A stretch of 63,882 nt of DNA, counting the filler, from Octopus bimaculoides (lineage: Eukaryota), in assembly GCF_001194135.2 (NCBI RefSeq). It is 6 parts of 6 records of this genome, joined end to end, with 100 filler letters (N's around TTAATTAATTAA, not from the genome) between each part and the next. Parts side by side here need not be neighbours in the genome. Positions count along the whole stretch, not along the records: positions 35,394 to 62,559 come from NC_068993.1; 5 more parts are not named here. One strand, written 5' to 3'. Of the stretch, positions 39,658 to 50,996 are shown piece by piece (within the stretch, counting starts at the first letter, position 1; every line of letters begins with the position of its first letter). A model generated the notes under the pieces. That model worked only from the letters and a program-made list of their open reading frames with translations. It did not search any database and was not told the DNA's origin. The translations under genes and the position numbers were made by a program.

Positions 39658-39716
39658 CTTGATTTCTATATATTGCGAGTTGGAGTGAACTACTGTTATT
39701 TCTGGCGGACGAGTAT

Positions 39717-39765
39717 CCACCACCAAGAATGACCAGAAAGAGGTCGAAACCGTACGGTCTGGTGG
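39717..39765 (+). ncRNA. Degenerate minimal type I hammerhead ribozyme-like motif
   Basis: CCACCA-CCAAGAA-T-GACC-agaaaga-GGTC-GAAA-C-CGTACG-GTC-TGGTGG: stem I 6 bp, stem II 4 bp, short stem III with a palindromic loop, GUC triplet. The core is mutated relative to CUGANGA. Confidence 0.55.
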
Positions 39766-40079
39766 TATCGTGACTAGAAGACGACAGAAGAAATACCGAC
39801 TTAGAAATAAGGACAGGTTACAATTTTTTCGATTAAGCTCTTCAATGTGGTGGTCCAGTATGGCTTCAATTCAATGATTCAAACAAAAAATGAAAGGTAC
39901 TTTACTTGTACTGCTTCTCTTGTTTCGTTGATGACATCGTTCGGGAATCAGAAACCAGAAAGGCTAAGTTAACGATTGCTAAATATTCAGCTTCCAATAA
40001 ATACATTAAATACCTTTTTAAGTGTCTTTATAGAAGTGTATGTATGTGTATGCGTATAAGTGTGTTTGTGCTTTACACA

Positions 40080-40381
40080 CACACATGGTTCCGGGCTCAG
40101 TCTCCACTGCGTGGCACCTTGGGCAAGTGTCTTCTACTAGAGCTTCGGACCGATCAAAACCTTGTAAGTGGATTTGCTAGAAAGAAACTGAAAGAAGCCC
40201 GTAGTTTATATTGATGTGTGTGAGTGTGTGCGTGTGTGTGTATATGTATGTATGTACGTATTTATGTATGTTTGTGTATGTGTTTTCCCCCCACCCACCG
40301 CTTTATAGCCGGTGTTGGTGTGTATATACCCCAATAACTAAGAGGTTCGGCAAAAAGAGACCGATTGAATAAGTACCAGGC
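40080..40381 (+). mobile_element. Family B/C SINE, truncated by a gap
   Basis: cacatggttccgggctcagtctccactgcgtggcaccttgggcaagtgtcttctac, (GT)n, ggttcggcaaaaagagaccgattgaataagtaccagg. Confidence 0.82.
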
Positions 40382-40910
40382 NNNNNNNNNNNNNNNNNNN
40401 NNNNNNNNNNNNNNNNNNNNNNNNNNNNNNNNNNNNNNNNNNNNNNNNNNNNNNNNNNNNNNNNNNNNNNNNNNNNNNNNNNNNNNNNNNNNNNNNNNNN
40501 NNNNNNNNNNNNNNNNNNNTATATCGAACATTCACACACACATACACACACAAACACGCGAATAAAATTACTCGAAAAATATTTCAAACAAGAAAAAATA
40601 AGGAAATTGGCAGCACTCAAAGTGAAAAAAACATCCGGTAAGTGTTGTTGTTATTGTAGTTGTTGTTGTTGTTGTTGCTTTTACTGTTGCTGCTGCTGCT
40701 ACTACTGCTGCTACTATTGTTGTTGTATGTGTAACATTATAAGCTTTACTGGCAGTCTCCGAATATAAACTGTTTATCCGAAAATGGGGAACGGCACAAC
40801 CAGTCAAGTAGCGTTCCAGTTTACCTTTAACAGCCTCCGTTTAATCTGGTCACTGTCGAAGCACGTGGGAAACATCAGTGACGAAAGAACGAACTTCCTT
40901 CTATCACCTC

Positions 40911-40949
<39 letters not shown>

Positions 40950-41238
40950 ACACTCACACACTCACGCTCTTCCTCTTTCAGACTTTCTCTCCTGTCTTTT
41001 CTTCTCTCCTTCCTTCTCTCTCTCTCTCTTTCTCTCTTTTTCTATAATACATTAACGTAGCCATTATCTTAACCGTCATTTCGCTCGTTATAATAAAGCA
41101 TTTCACATTACAATTTCTTACAGAGAGACGGAGAGAATGAGAAAGACAGCGCTAGATATCTTTAAAACGCTACTGCTGTTGAAGACAGAGAGGAAGAGAG
41201 AAGGAAAAGAAGGAAAGGGAGGTAGAGAGAGGGGTAGG

Positions 41239-41292
<54 letters not shown>

Positions 41293-41728
41293 GATATAGA
41301 GAATTGGTAAACTTCTAAGTTCAGATTCTTTTGTTTAAAGTGTATGCTTTCGACAATTATAACTCCGCCATCTTTAAAAATTTATGTGTACAGGTATTTA
41401 TATGAATGTTGTGTACTTTTTAGCAATGAGCGGTGAGCACGAAATACCTGGTTCGATTCCTGATAAAAGACCTGTTATTGTTTTTTTTATTGTTTTGTTT
41501 TTTCGATTTCAGTTTTATTATATCCAACATCATTCGATCTTCATGACTCACCAATCACTTTCTAAACAAATCAAATCAGCCAACGAATATTCAGATATCA
41601 CCATTCCGATAATGACTCACCATATTTCAAACCAATCCGATCAGCCAACATCCACAGACCACCTGCTATACACTCATACTCGCACGCGCGCACGCAAGCA
41701 CACACATGCTCTGACACACATACACACA

Positions 41729-41760
<32 letters not shown>

Positions 41761-42049
41761 TACACACACACACACATACATACTCTCACACACACACACA
41801 CACACATATATATATACATACNNNNNNNNNNNNNNNNNNNNNNNNNNNNNNNNNNNNNNNNNNNNNNNNNNNNNNNNNNNNNNNNNNNNNNNNNNNNNNN
41901 NNNNNNNNNNNNNNNNNNNNNNNNNNNNNCTGTGCGTGAGTGTACGTGTGTGTATGTGTGTGCGTGTTTGTACCGAAAAAACATTTCTTTTCCCTATACC
42001 TTATGATGATTTCCTCTCTGGCAGCCGTAGTCAGTTTGAATAAAAATAC

Positions 42050-42400
42050 ATGTCATCATCATTGTCATCACTTTATTCGGTCCGTATTTTTCATGCTTGC
42101 GTGGGTTGGACGGGTTTTTCTACCACAGCACTGCAGTACATTCTTTGGAGTCCTTTGTAATCTCCTTCATATGGTTCAGCCTCTTCAGATCAGTATTAGT
42201 GGTTTATTCTCATGTCATCCTTGGTCTTCAACTCCGGCCGGTTCCTTCGGTTTGCATCAATTGGTACTTTCTTACCCAACTGACTGCAACCTCCTGACAC
42301 ATCACATGTCGGTCAATTGAGCTTTCTCTCTTCCATCTTCAATCTATTTATTTGTGCAGCGTTGATCATGGTCACTAACAACCAACTGCTTTAACACATT
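42050..42400 (-). mobile_element. Probable RTE-type LINE 3' remnant, (GAT)n-like tail
   Basis: catcatcattgtcatc tail followed by ttttcatgcttgcgtgggttggacgg. Resemblance is by recall only; there is no clean ORF. Confidence 0.4.
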
Positions 42401-42639
42401 CTCGCCGTTCAGTGCTTGTGTTTTGCTTCCAAGCAACATTGCACTTCGTACTTACTCAAGTATCATACAACATACCCTTCACTCGAGCAGAGAATGCCTT
42501 CGTTGCCTGCAGTAGTATGAGACCACTGTGCTTTTGTTACATGTTTTTGCTCTTGCTTTCTGAACTCACAAATTCACTGCTAGTTGGAGCACTTGGGTAA
42601 CAGAAGCTATCAACGACTACTTTTGTGCATTTGCTTCAT

Positions 42640-43360
42640 GCTTAGTCTATCTCAGTCAACAATGAGTGCGGCTGATGCTAGAGCTTGGAATGCCTTCTCT
42701 GATGTGGTGCTGATTTCTTTGGAAATAGCGTAGTTGACAACTCTCAAGAGACTGTGGAGGAATTGCTCTTGGATGTAGAATGAGCATTAAATTACACCAC
42801 TTACACAGTCACTTGGGTGAGTTTCCAGAGAACCAGGGTAATGTTAGCGAAGAACAAAGTGAACACTTTCATCAAGATGTAAATGTAATGGAAGAACACT
42901 ACCAAGGCCGATGGGATTCAAACATGATGGGAGATTACTGCTGGAGCTTGATAAGAGACATTCCAGAGGCTGTACACAGAAGACAGTAAAAAAATAGGAT
43001 GTTCTCGCAGTAAGAGAATGAACAGAATGAATGGCCACAATGAATAGAGAATTTGTATTCATATTTTGTTATCACAAAGCTTAATTTTTATATGTTATTG
43101 TGCATTTACTTCCATAACTTTGTGTTCTGATTTATTAGATTAAAAAAAAGGACATATTGTCTATTAGAAATTGCATCTACGTATGTTTAATTCTTCTTTT
43201 ATGAGCATTAAGTAACTGCTTCTAACAAAAATTAAAGATTTTATATCTCAAAAATTTGATGAAATAGACAAAATTTGATGCCAGATTTCTTTTTAGTACC
43301 CCCAAAATTAGCTAAAAACCGTTAATAAACCATGTGCCAGAAAATATGTGTTGACCGGTG
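42640..43360 (+). mobile_element. Chapaev-like (CMC) transposon 3' portion
   Basis: MSIKLHHLHSHLGEFPENQGNVSEEQSEHFHQDVNVMEEHYQGRWDSNMMGDYCWSL (HFLHSHLD..PEN.G.VS.E.GERFHQD family). Terminus ttgaccggtg|taa at 43360. Confidence 0.68.
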
Positions 43361-43545
43361 TAATAATTTGATTCTACGCAGAAGGAAAACAACTTTGTAT
43401 GTTTGTATTTCAATATAACCTCCTCAGCAGGACAATGACTTCAATACTCTTACAAAATTTGGATATTTCTCTGGTAAGACAAGCGACCATGTTTGTTTGC
43501 TCAAACTTTGTTTTGTACTATTATTATCATTATTATGATTATTAT

Positions 43546-43860
43546 TCAGTAGTTTTATTTTTATAACGTGCTTTCACTTCACTACTGAGCGCAGCTCTGT
43601 GTTCCTTAGGTATGTGCTGTGGTTTGCTGTGATGCTCTTATGGTTACTGTATTGAAAGTGTTTTGCGTTGGATGTGTGCGGTGCCCAGTAGTGCAATTTT
43701 CTGTATGTTATATATATTTGTAAGTCCTGGTGTTTTTGTCATATATTTGTCTGGATATTTTTTTATTATACCTAAGGCACCTACTATGATAGGAATTGTT
43801 TCTGTTTTTAGATTCCACATTCGAGTTACCTCTATTTCCAGGTCTTTGTATTTTGAAAGT
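43546..43860 (-). mobile_element. R4/Dong-clade element 3' end (subfamily 1)
   Basis: Reverse complement encodes LSKYKDLEIEVTRMWNLKTETIPIIVGALGIIKK...IQKIALLGTAHIQRKTLSIQ*, followed by a short 3' UTR and a (TAA)-type tail. Confidence 0.85.
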
Positions 43861-44235
43861 NNNNNNNNNNNNNNNNNNNNNNNNNNNNNNNNNNNNNNNN
43901 NNNNNNNNNNNNNNNNNNNNNNNNNNNNNNNNNNNNNNNNNNNNNNNNNNNNNNNNNNNNNNNNNNNNNNNNNNNNNNNNNNNNNNNNNNNNNNNNNNNN
44001 NNNNNNNNNNNNNNNNNNNNNNNNNNNNNNNNNNNNNNNNNNNNNNNNNNNNNNNNNNNNNNNNNNNNNNNNNNNNNNNNNNNNNNNNNNNNNNNNNNNN
44101 NNNNNNNNNNNNNNNNNNNNNNNNNNNNNNNNNNNNNNNNNNNNNNNNNNNNNNNNNNNNNNNNNNNNNNNNNNNNNNNNNNNNNNNNNNNNNNNNNNNN
44201 NNNNNNNNNNNNNNNNNNNNNNNNNNNNNNNNNNN

Positions 44236-44830
44236 NGAGCACCTTCCGGAGTATTCGAGCGGTTCCAAGCAGTGCTGTTTTCTGCAAGTGCTCCACCCTT
44301 ATTGCATCTCCTATTTATTCCACGTACTTCTCGAGATTTTTACTCACTGTTCCCAGGGCTCCAACAATTATTGGTACTACTACCACCTTTTTCATCAACC
44401 ACAACTGCTTAACTTCCTGTCATATCTCTCGACATTTCTTTCTTCCTTATCGCACACTTTGTTGTCAGCTGGGCATGCTATATCTATGATCCAGCATAGT
44501 TTGTTTTTTTTCTCAATTAAGACAATGTCTGGCTTCCTATTCTCTATCTCATGGTTGCAATGAATCATAAAATCTCATAGTATCTTTGCATTTCTATTTT
44601 CGACGATGCCTTCAGGTTTGTGGTCGTACCAATATTTTGTTCTGTCAAGTCCATACTTGTTGCAAAGTGTCCAATGGACAAGCTTGGCTACATTGTCGTG
44701 GCGTCTCTTATATTCCTTCTGGGCTAGTGGTGTACATTGGCTGGTAATATGCCATACGGTTTCACCCTTTTGTCTACAGATTCTGCACTTATTACTTTCT
44801 GCCGTGTTGTCTATTCTGTATTTTATGTAG
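44236..44830 (-). mobile_element. R4/Dong-clade fragment: CCHC knuckle plus restriction-like endonuclease
   Basis: CRICRQKGETVWHITSQCTPLAQKEYKRRHDNVAKLVHW...NRKPDIVLI...IIDIACPADNKV...EHLQKTALLGTARILRKVL, with stops and frameshifts. Confidence 0.88.
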
Positions 44831-44869
44831 TTTGTTCTTAGTGCTTGCTCTTGGGCAGCACAGATTAGA

Positions 44870-44938
<69 letters not shown>

Positions 44939-45487
44939 GAATGAGAGAGCAGCGCATACCATTAAAGTGACACAAATATATGAAACCCAATTTACCCATC
45001 ATAATTACCCGTCTGATTAGGGTACAGTAGGCACATGTATCACAACCATATGTGCGCGACATGATGATCTCATATCAAGATAAACAGCACATGACCTTGC
45101 GGGTGGGGCAAAGTTAAAATTTTTTTCAGGTTGAGTAGCCAATCCCGCTCAAAAGAGCCCTGAATAAAGCTTATTTTAAGGATGATGAACAAAACACCCA
45201 TGTTTCCAGAGGTGAATTATTCAAACCCCAAAGAATTCTTCTCGACACATGGCTATGATGCGCCCTCACTACTTCTGCTCGTGATCAGAGTTGCACATAT
45301 CGTCAGCCACCAAGGGACATGCTTAACTGGTTGAAGTCAAACAACTTACAAGCTAATCTCTGATATTGAGTAGAATATTTGCTGCAGCCCATCTTTTATA
45401 CCTAGACAAAACAATGTACTTGATAATACTTCCAATCAGTTAAGATCAAAAGCCTTGAGATCCACTGCTTTTTACTGCATCAGGGCA

Positions 45488-45489
<2 letters not shown>
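44939..45489 (-). mobile_element. ~550-bp (TAA)n-tailed element, copy 2
   Basis: Full-length homolog of 6846-7398, flanked by (ATT)n on both sides. Confidence 0.88.
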
Positions 45490-45532
<43 letters not shown>

Positions 45533-45550
45533 GTATCATCATCATTAACA

Positions 45551-45935
45551 TTCAATAGTCTTATTTTTATCACATGCTTTCACTGCATTACCGAGCGCAG
45601 CTCTGTATCCGTTGGGTATATGCTGTGGTTTATTGAGATACTCTTATTGTAACTGTATTGAAAGTGTTTTACGTAGGATGTGTGCGGTGTCTAGCAGTGC
45701 TATTTTCTGTATGTTATATGTATTTGTTAGTCCTGGTGTTTTTGTTATGTATTTGTCTGAATATTTTTTAATGTGCCTATTATGATGGGAATTGTTTCTG
45801 TTTTTAGACTCCACGTTCGAGTTATCTCTATTTCCAGGTCTTTGCATTTTGAAAGTTTTTCCATTTCTTTTAGAGAAACGTTGTCATCTGTTGGTATTGA
45901 TACATCGACCAGAAAGCATTTTTTTCTTGATGATC
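45551..45935 (-). mobile_element. R4/Dong-clade element 3' end (subfamily 1, second copy)
   Basis: KKCFLVDVSIPTDDNVSLKEMEKLSKCKDLEIEITRTWSLKTETIPIIIG...IQKIALLDTAHILRKTLSIQ. The 3' UTR matches 43546-43640. Confidence 0.88.
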
Positions 45936-45943
45936 TCTGACTA

Positions 45944-46008
<65 letters not shown>

Positions 46009-46010
<2 letters not shown>

Positions 46011-47300
46011 ATGTTTGACTTTTGCTTTGTATTTGTACAAGCTGACTCCAAGTCTTACCCAGAGACCTCAAGAGACAAGTTAGAAGTTCAAGTTGGTATT
46101 ATGCCTAGGGTGTCATATATTTGGTTTTGCACACAGTATTGTTCTAAAGAATGTTTAAGAAAATATAAGAAAATTATAAGTTTGTTTTGAAATGTGAGAT
46201 TACATAGACAGTATTTTACGTAGGATATGGGCAGTTCCCATGAGCACTATCTTTTGAATTTCTGCCATTTTGGAGTTTCCTGGTAACTGAGCTATGTAGG
46301 AATCAGCCCCTTTTGCTATCATTCCTAGGGCACCTATAACAACAGGTATTGTTTTAATCTTGAGGTTCCACATTTTGCCATTTTCTATTTCAAGATCTTG
46401 AAACTTGCTTAGTTTTTGGTGGGTCTTGACAAATTTATTTATGTCGATTGAGACAGTCATATCAATGAGAAGGCATGATTTTTGTCTGAAGTCTTTCAAT
46501 ATAATGTCTGCCCTATTCGCATCTATCTTTCAGTCAGTTTGAACGGTGAGGTTCCAGAGGAGTGAGATGTGATCATTTTCAAGCACTGGGGGTGGTTTGT
46601 GTTCCACCAGTTTTTATCATAGGGCAGGTCCAGATTTTTGCAAATCACCCAGCGAATATACTGTGCTGCTCGTTCATACCTGTTAAGATACTCTGTTGGT
46701 GGAAGAAGACTGCACATGGAGACAACATGATCAATGGTTTCATTTTGTTGTTTACGTACACGACATTTTGGTCTACTACCGTTCTTTAATATGTTGACCT
46801 GGTAGTTCCTTGGGCTTCTATGATAAAACCTTCTGTTTCTGATTTTAAGCCAGAAGACACTAATCATTGATGGGTAAGGGCTTTGACAACATCGGAATTA
46901 TTAGCTCCCTTTGGATATTTGCCATTGAGAGGTTTTTCTTGCCATTTATCAGTAAGAATATCTAAGGCAGCAGTTTTAGCACGGGTTTTCATACGCTTAG
47001 CTTTTTCTGTGCTTGTTTCTAGAACGTCTAATTCTGGAATTTGTTGTATTTGGAATCACTTAGATATTCCTTTGTCTGTTTTGTTACTGAGTATGATGCT
47101 TTCTTGTTTTCATGCTTTAAGACAAGTTTTAACATCCAGTCATCAGAGTTTTTCAGGTAGGTGTCTAGGCCAATTGTGGCAATCTTCATTGCTAATTCCA
47201 GTTGTAAAAGTTCACGGCCACCCTCTTTTCTTGGCAGGTAAAGTCGTTCTATATCTGCCTTTTCGTATTTTTCAGTCAAGTAACATGTTTCAGTCGGTCA
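46009..47300 (-). mobile_element. R4/Dong-clade element 3' ~1.3 kb (subfamily 2)
   Basis: KADIERLYLPRKEGGRELLQL (post-RT), CRVRKQQNETIDHVVSMC (knuckle), LLIDMTVSIDIN..KLSKFQDLEIE...IQKIVLMGTAHILRKILSM*. A distinct 190-bp 3' UTR and an (ATT)n tail at about 45945-46008. Confidence 0.9.
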
Positions 47301-47424
47301 TAATATACAGACATTTCTCATGGCACCAGTACACTGTTTACAGATGCTTACATTTTTTGCTTTCCGTGAACTTTTACGGGTCCAGCTAGTTACTATTATT
47401 ATTGTTACTGTTGTTATTATTATT

Positions 47425-47883
47425 GAGTGGGAGAGCAGTGCTTGCCATCAAAGTGACCCTGGAGTACAAATATACGAAACTCAATATACGCATCATAACT
47501 ATCCGTCTGATAGGAGCACACCAGGCACATGCATCACAACCATATGAACACGACATGGTGATCTTATATCAAGATAAACAGTGCATGACCTTGCAGGTAG
47601 GGCCCAGTTAAAATTTTCTTCAGGTTGAGTAGCCCATCCTGCTCCAAAGGTCATTAAATAGGGTTGCTTAAGGAGGATGAACGAAATACTCATGCTTTCA
47701 GGGGTGAATTATTCAACCCTCAAGGAATCCCTCTCAACACGAGGCTATGATGCTCCTCTACGATTCCTACTCCTAATCAGAGATGCACATATCGTCAGCC
47801 ACTAAGGGGCATGCTGAACTGGTTATGATCAAGCAACCGATAAGCAAACCTGAGGTATTGAGCAGAATATTTATTGCAGGCCA
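47425..47883 (-). mobile_element. ~550-bp (TAA)n-tailed element, copy 3, 5'-truncated
   Basis: Same 3' end as copies 1 and 2, but lacks about 100 bp of the 5' end. Confidence 0.85.
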
Positions 47884-47899
47884 TATTATTATTATTCTT

Positions 47900-47973
<74 letters not shown>

Positions 47974-48160
47974 TANNNNNNNNNNNNNNNNNNNNNNNNN
48001 NNNNNNNNNNNNNNNNNNNNNNNNNNNNNNNNNNNNNNNNNNNNNNNNNNNNNNNNNNNNNNNNNNNNNNNNNNNNNNNNNNNNNNNNNNNNNNNNNNNN
48101 NNNNNNNNNNNNNNNNNNNNNNNNNNNNNNNNNNNNNNNNNNNNNNNNNNNNNNNNNNNN

Positions 48161-48287
48161 AGGTCGACTTTGCCTTTAATTCTTTCGGGGTCGATAAATT
48201 AAGTACCAGTGAAACACTGGGGTCTATGTAATCAACTAGTCCCCTCCCTCACAAATTTCAGACTTTTGCCTTTTGTAGAAAGGATTA
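48161..48287 (+). mobile_element. Family A SINE 3' half, after a gap
   Basis: aggtcgactttgcc..tttcggggtcgataaattaagtaccagt..ctggggtc..gtagaaaggattatt. Confidence 0.82.
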
Positions 48288-48317
48288 TTTTTAATATCGT
48301 CGTCGTCGTCGTCGTCG

Positions 48318-48375
<58 letters not shown>

Positions 48376-48377
<2 letters not shown>

Positions 48378-49560
48378 GTAGTAGGATTTTATTTTGAGCT
48401 TTGGTGACAACAAGTTTCCTCAAATTTCAAGAAACTTCCTTAAGATTCTTGCAGAATACTGAAAGGTACTTTTCTGCAGGCTGACAACGCGAGTTTCAAT
48501 TCCAATTTCTTTCAGTCTTTTAAGTAGTATTTTGGGCGCTCTGACAGAAATAAATACCGTTTTAGTTTTCTACGGTCTCTTCCGCTCTCTGGAAAGATCT
48601 CAGTTTTTTTTCAATTTCTTTCGTAGCGACTCTGCTATCATAGGGAATTGCAAGATCTATGGTCTTGCGCTGTTTACTTATGTTGTCCTCTGTAATCATA
48701 TCGGATCTTGCTTCAATAGTATAGTCAGTATTTATATGGAATCACAAGATCCTGTAATTTTCATCTTCTAACACAGCCTCTAGTTTGTGTTCATAGCACT
48801 TTTGTAGTATTTTAAAGTCACACATTCGACAAATGCACTCTTTTACGTATACGTTTATACTCCTTTTGCGTTAGTACATTGCAGTGACTCAAAAGGTCAT
48901 TGATACTTTCGTCTGTTTTGTTCATCCTTGCCGTTATCGGTTTTGTTCTAATGGTTTGTTCCTGAGCGGCTATAATTAGCGTTTCGCTTTCCAGTTCCGT
49001 CAGCCAAAGTCAATGTTATTTATTTCCAACATTCTCAATTGTTTGAATTGGCTGTGTAATTTCATTTCTTTTCATTTACTTATTCCGTTGTTGCTCTTTT
49101 TCTCTTTGAATTCTTTTTCTGTTTCCAGTCAATTTTGGGGTATCGCTGGTTGCATACAATATTCTTTCTTTATTCTACACAACATAGTTTTTCAAACCCA
49201 GTATCGCAGTACTAATGATGTTTTCTGCATTTAGTAATCCTCTGCCACCTACCTTTCTTGGTAGGTAGAGTTTGTTGCTATTACTTTTAGGGTGGTGAGA
49301 GTTATGCATAGTGAACAGCTTCCTAGTTCTGTACAAGTTCTGTAGCTCGGCTTCTGTACATTTCAGAAATGGAGCAGAGTATCCCAATCCTGGTATAGCT
49401 CATGTATTTATGGCTTTAACGTTACCCCCTCCATTTAATCTTGTTTCCAGCACCTTCCTAACTCTCCTCATATATTCTTTAGTTATTTTCTCTCTCGTTT
49501 CTAATTCCGTTATTCTATCGTCTTACAGCGCTTGTGGGTATTTGTATCCCTCATTATTTC
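48376..49560 (-). mobile_element. R4/Dong-clade element 3' ~1.2 kb, decayed (subfamily 3)
   Basis: HHPKSNSNKLYLPRKVGGRGLLNAE; CYEHKLEAVLEDENYRIL; IDLAIPYDSRV; GIETRVVSLQKS..YSARILRKFLEI*. (GAT)n tail at 48300-48375. Confidence 0.8.
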
Positions 49561-49562
49561 AC

Positions 49563-49775
49563 AGCAGAACTGGCAAGGTTGTTAGCACGTAGGGCAAAAT
49601 GTTTATTAGTTTTCCGCCCATCTTCACGTTCTGAGTTCAAATTCAGCCGAAATAGACTTTTCTTTTCATTCTTTCAGAGTCGATAAATTAAGTACCAGTT
49701 GATAACTGGGGTGGATATAATCGACTAGCCCCTACTTCAAAATTTCTGGCTTTGTACATATAGTAGGAAAGATTA
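49563..49775 (+). mobile_element. Family A SINE
   Basis: actggcaagg..gttagcacg..cacgttctgagttcaaattcagccg..gtcgataaattaagtaccagt. Confidence 0.8.
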
Positions 49776-50802
49776 TCGTGATTATTGTTCTTTAGACGTC
49801 ATAACATCTCAGATTAATCAGACCATTGTTCAAAGGCTTCCAAATATGGCTTTATTTTTGATTCTCAGACAATGATTTCCAGGTGTACATTATACAACAA
49901 CGGTAAAGTGTGAGTTGAGAAAGGCGAAACAGCTATTTCTAGCAAGATGAGCTACCACAAAGTGGAATCCTCACTCATTGGCCAAAGATCATTGTCATCA
50001 ACATGGGTGGCGAGTGGTCTCATTTTGCTACAGCAATGTTTGGGAAAGGTATTAGAACAAGAACCACTAAGAAGGGGTGGCTAGTTACAATAAATAAGGA
50101 ACTGTACTGTTTTATGGTTCCTAGTTTGTCTTTATGATAAACTCGGCGACATTGCTCATATAAACGCCAGGTTTTACTGTGTTCATATTATACACCAAAG
50201 TAAACTAGTTTGTCTCCAGGTACATGCGTCGCCCATTTAATATATACCTATAAATATACATACATATAACTATATATATGTATATATATATATATATATA
50301 TATNNNNNNNNNNNNNNNNNNNNNNNNNNNNNNNNNNNNNNNNNNNNNNNNNNNNNNNNNNNNNNNNNNNNNNNNNNNNNNNNNNNNNNNNNNNNNNNNN
50401 NNNNNNNNNNNNNNNNNNNNNNNNNNNNNNNNNNNNNNNNNNNNNNNNNNNNNNNNNNNNNNNNNNNNNNNNNNNNNNNNNNNNNNNNNNNNNNNNNNNN
50501 NNNNNNNNNNNNNNNNNNNNNNNNNNNNNNNNNNNNNNNNNNNNNNNNNNNNNNNNNNNNNNNNNNNNNNNNNNNNNNNNNNNNNNNNNNNNNNNNNNNN
50601 NNNNNNNNNNNNNNNNNNNNNNNNNNNNNNNNNNNNNNNNNNNNNNNNNNNNNNNNNNNNNNNNNNNNNNNNNNNNNNNNNNNNNNNNNNNNNNNNNNNN
50701 NNNNNNNNNNNNNNNNNNNNNNNNNNNNNNNNNNNNNNNNNNNNNNNNNNNNNNNNNNNNNNNNNNNNNNNNNNNNNNNNNNNNNNNNNNNNNNNNNNNN
50801 NN

Positions 50803-50841
<39 letters not shown>

Positions 50842-50870
50842 AATATTTAGCTACATGTGGACATGATCCG

Positions 50871-50996
50871 AAAGCAAGTCCTATCTGTAATCTCGGGGGG
50901 ACCAAAAACGTAACAGATATTTAACCACGTGTGGACATGATCCGAGATATTTGTTACGTTTTTGGTCCCCCCGAGATTACAGATAGGACTTGCTTT
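50871..50996. repeat. Near-perfect fold-back (50-bp arms, 1 mismatch)
   Basis: aaagcaagtcctatctgtaatctcggggggaccaaaaacgtaacagatat versus the reverse complement of 50947-50996. Confidence 0.93.

Larger units (their letters stand above)
39236..39785. mobile_element. Inverted-repeat element with a degenerate minimal hammerhead motif in each arm (Penelope-like pLTR remnant), interrupted by a SINE
   Basis: Left arm 39236-39370 pairs with right arm 39417-39443 plus 39675-39785. Motifs at 39249-39297 (-) and 39717-39765 (+). The Penelope link is an inference. Confidence 0.7.
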
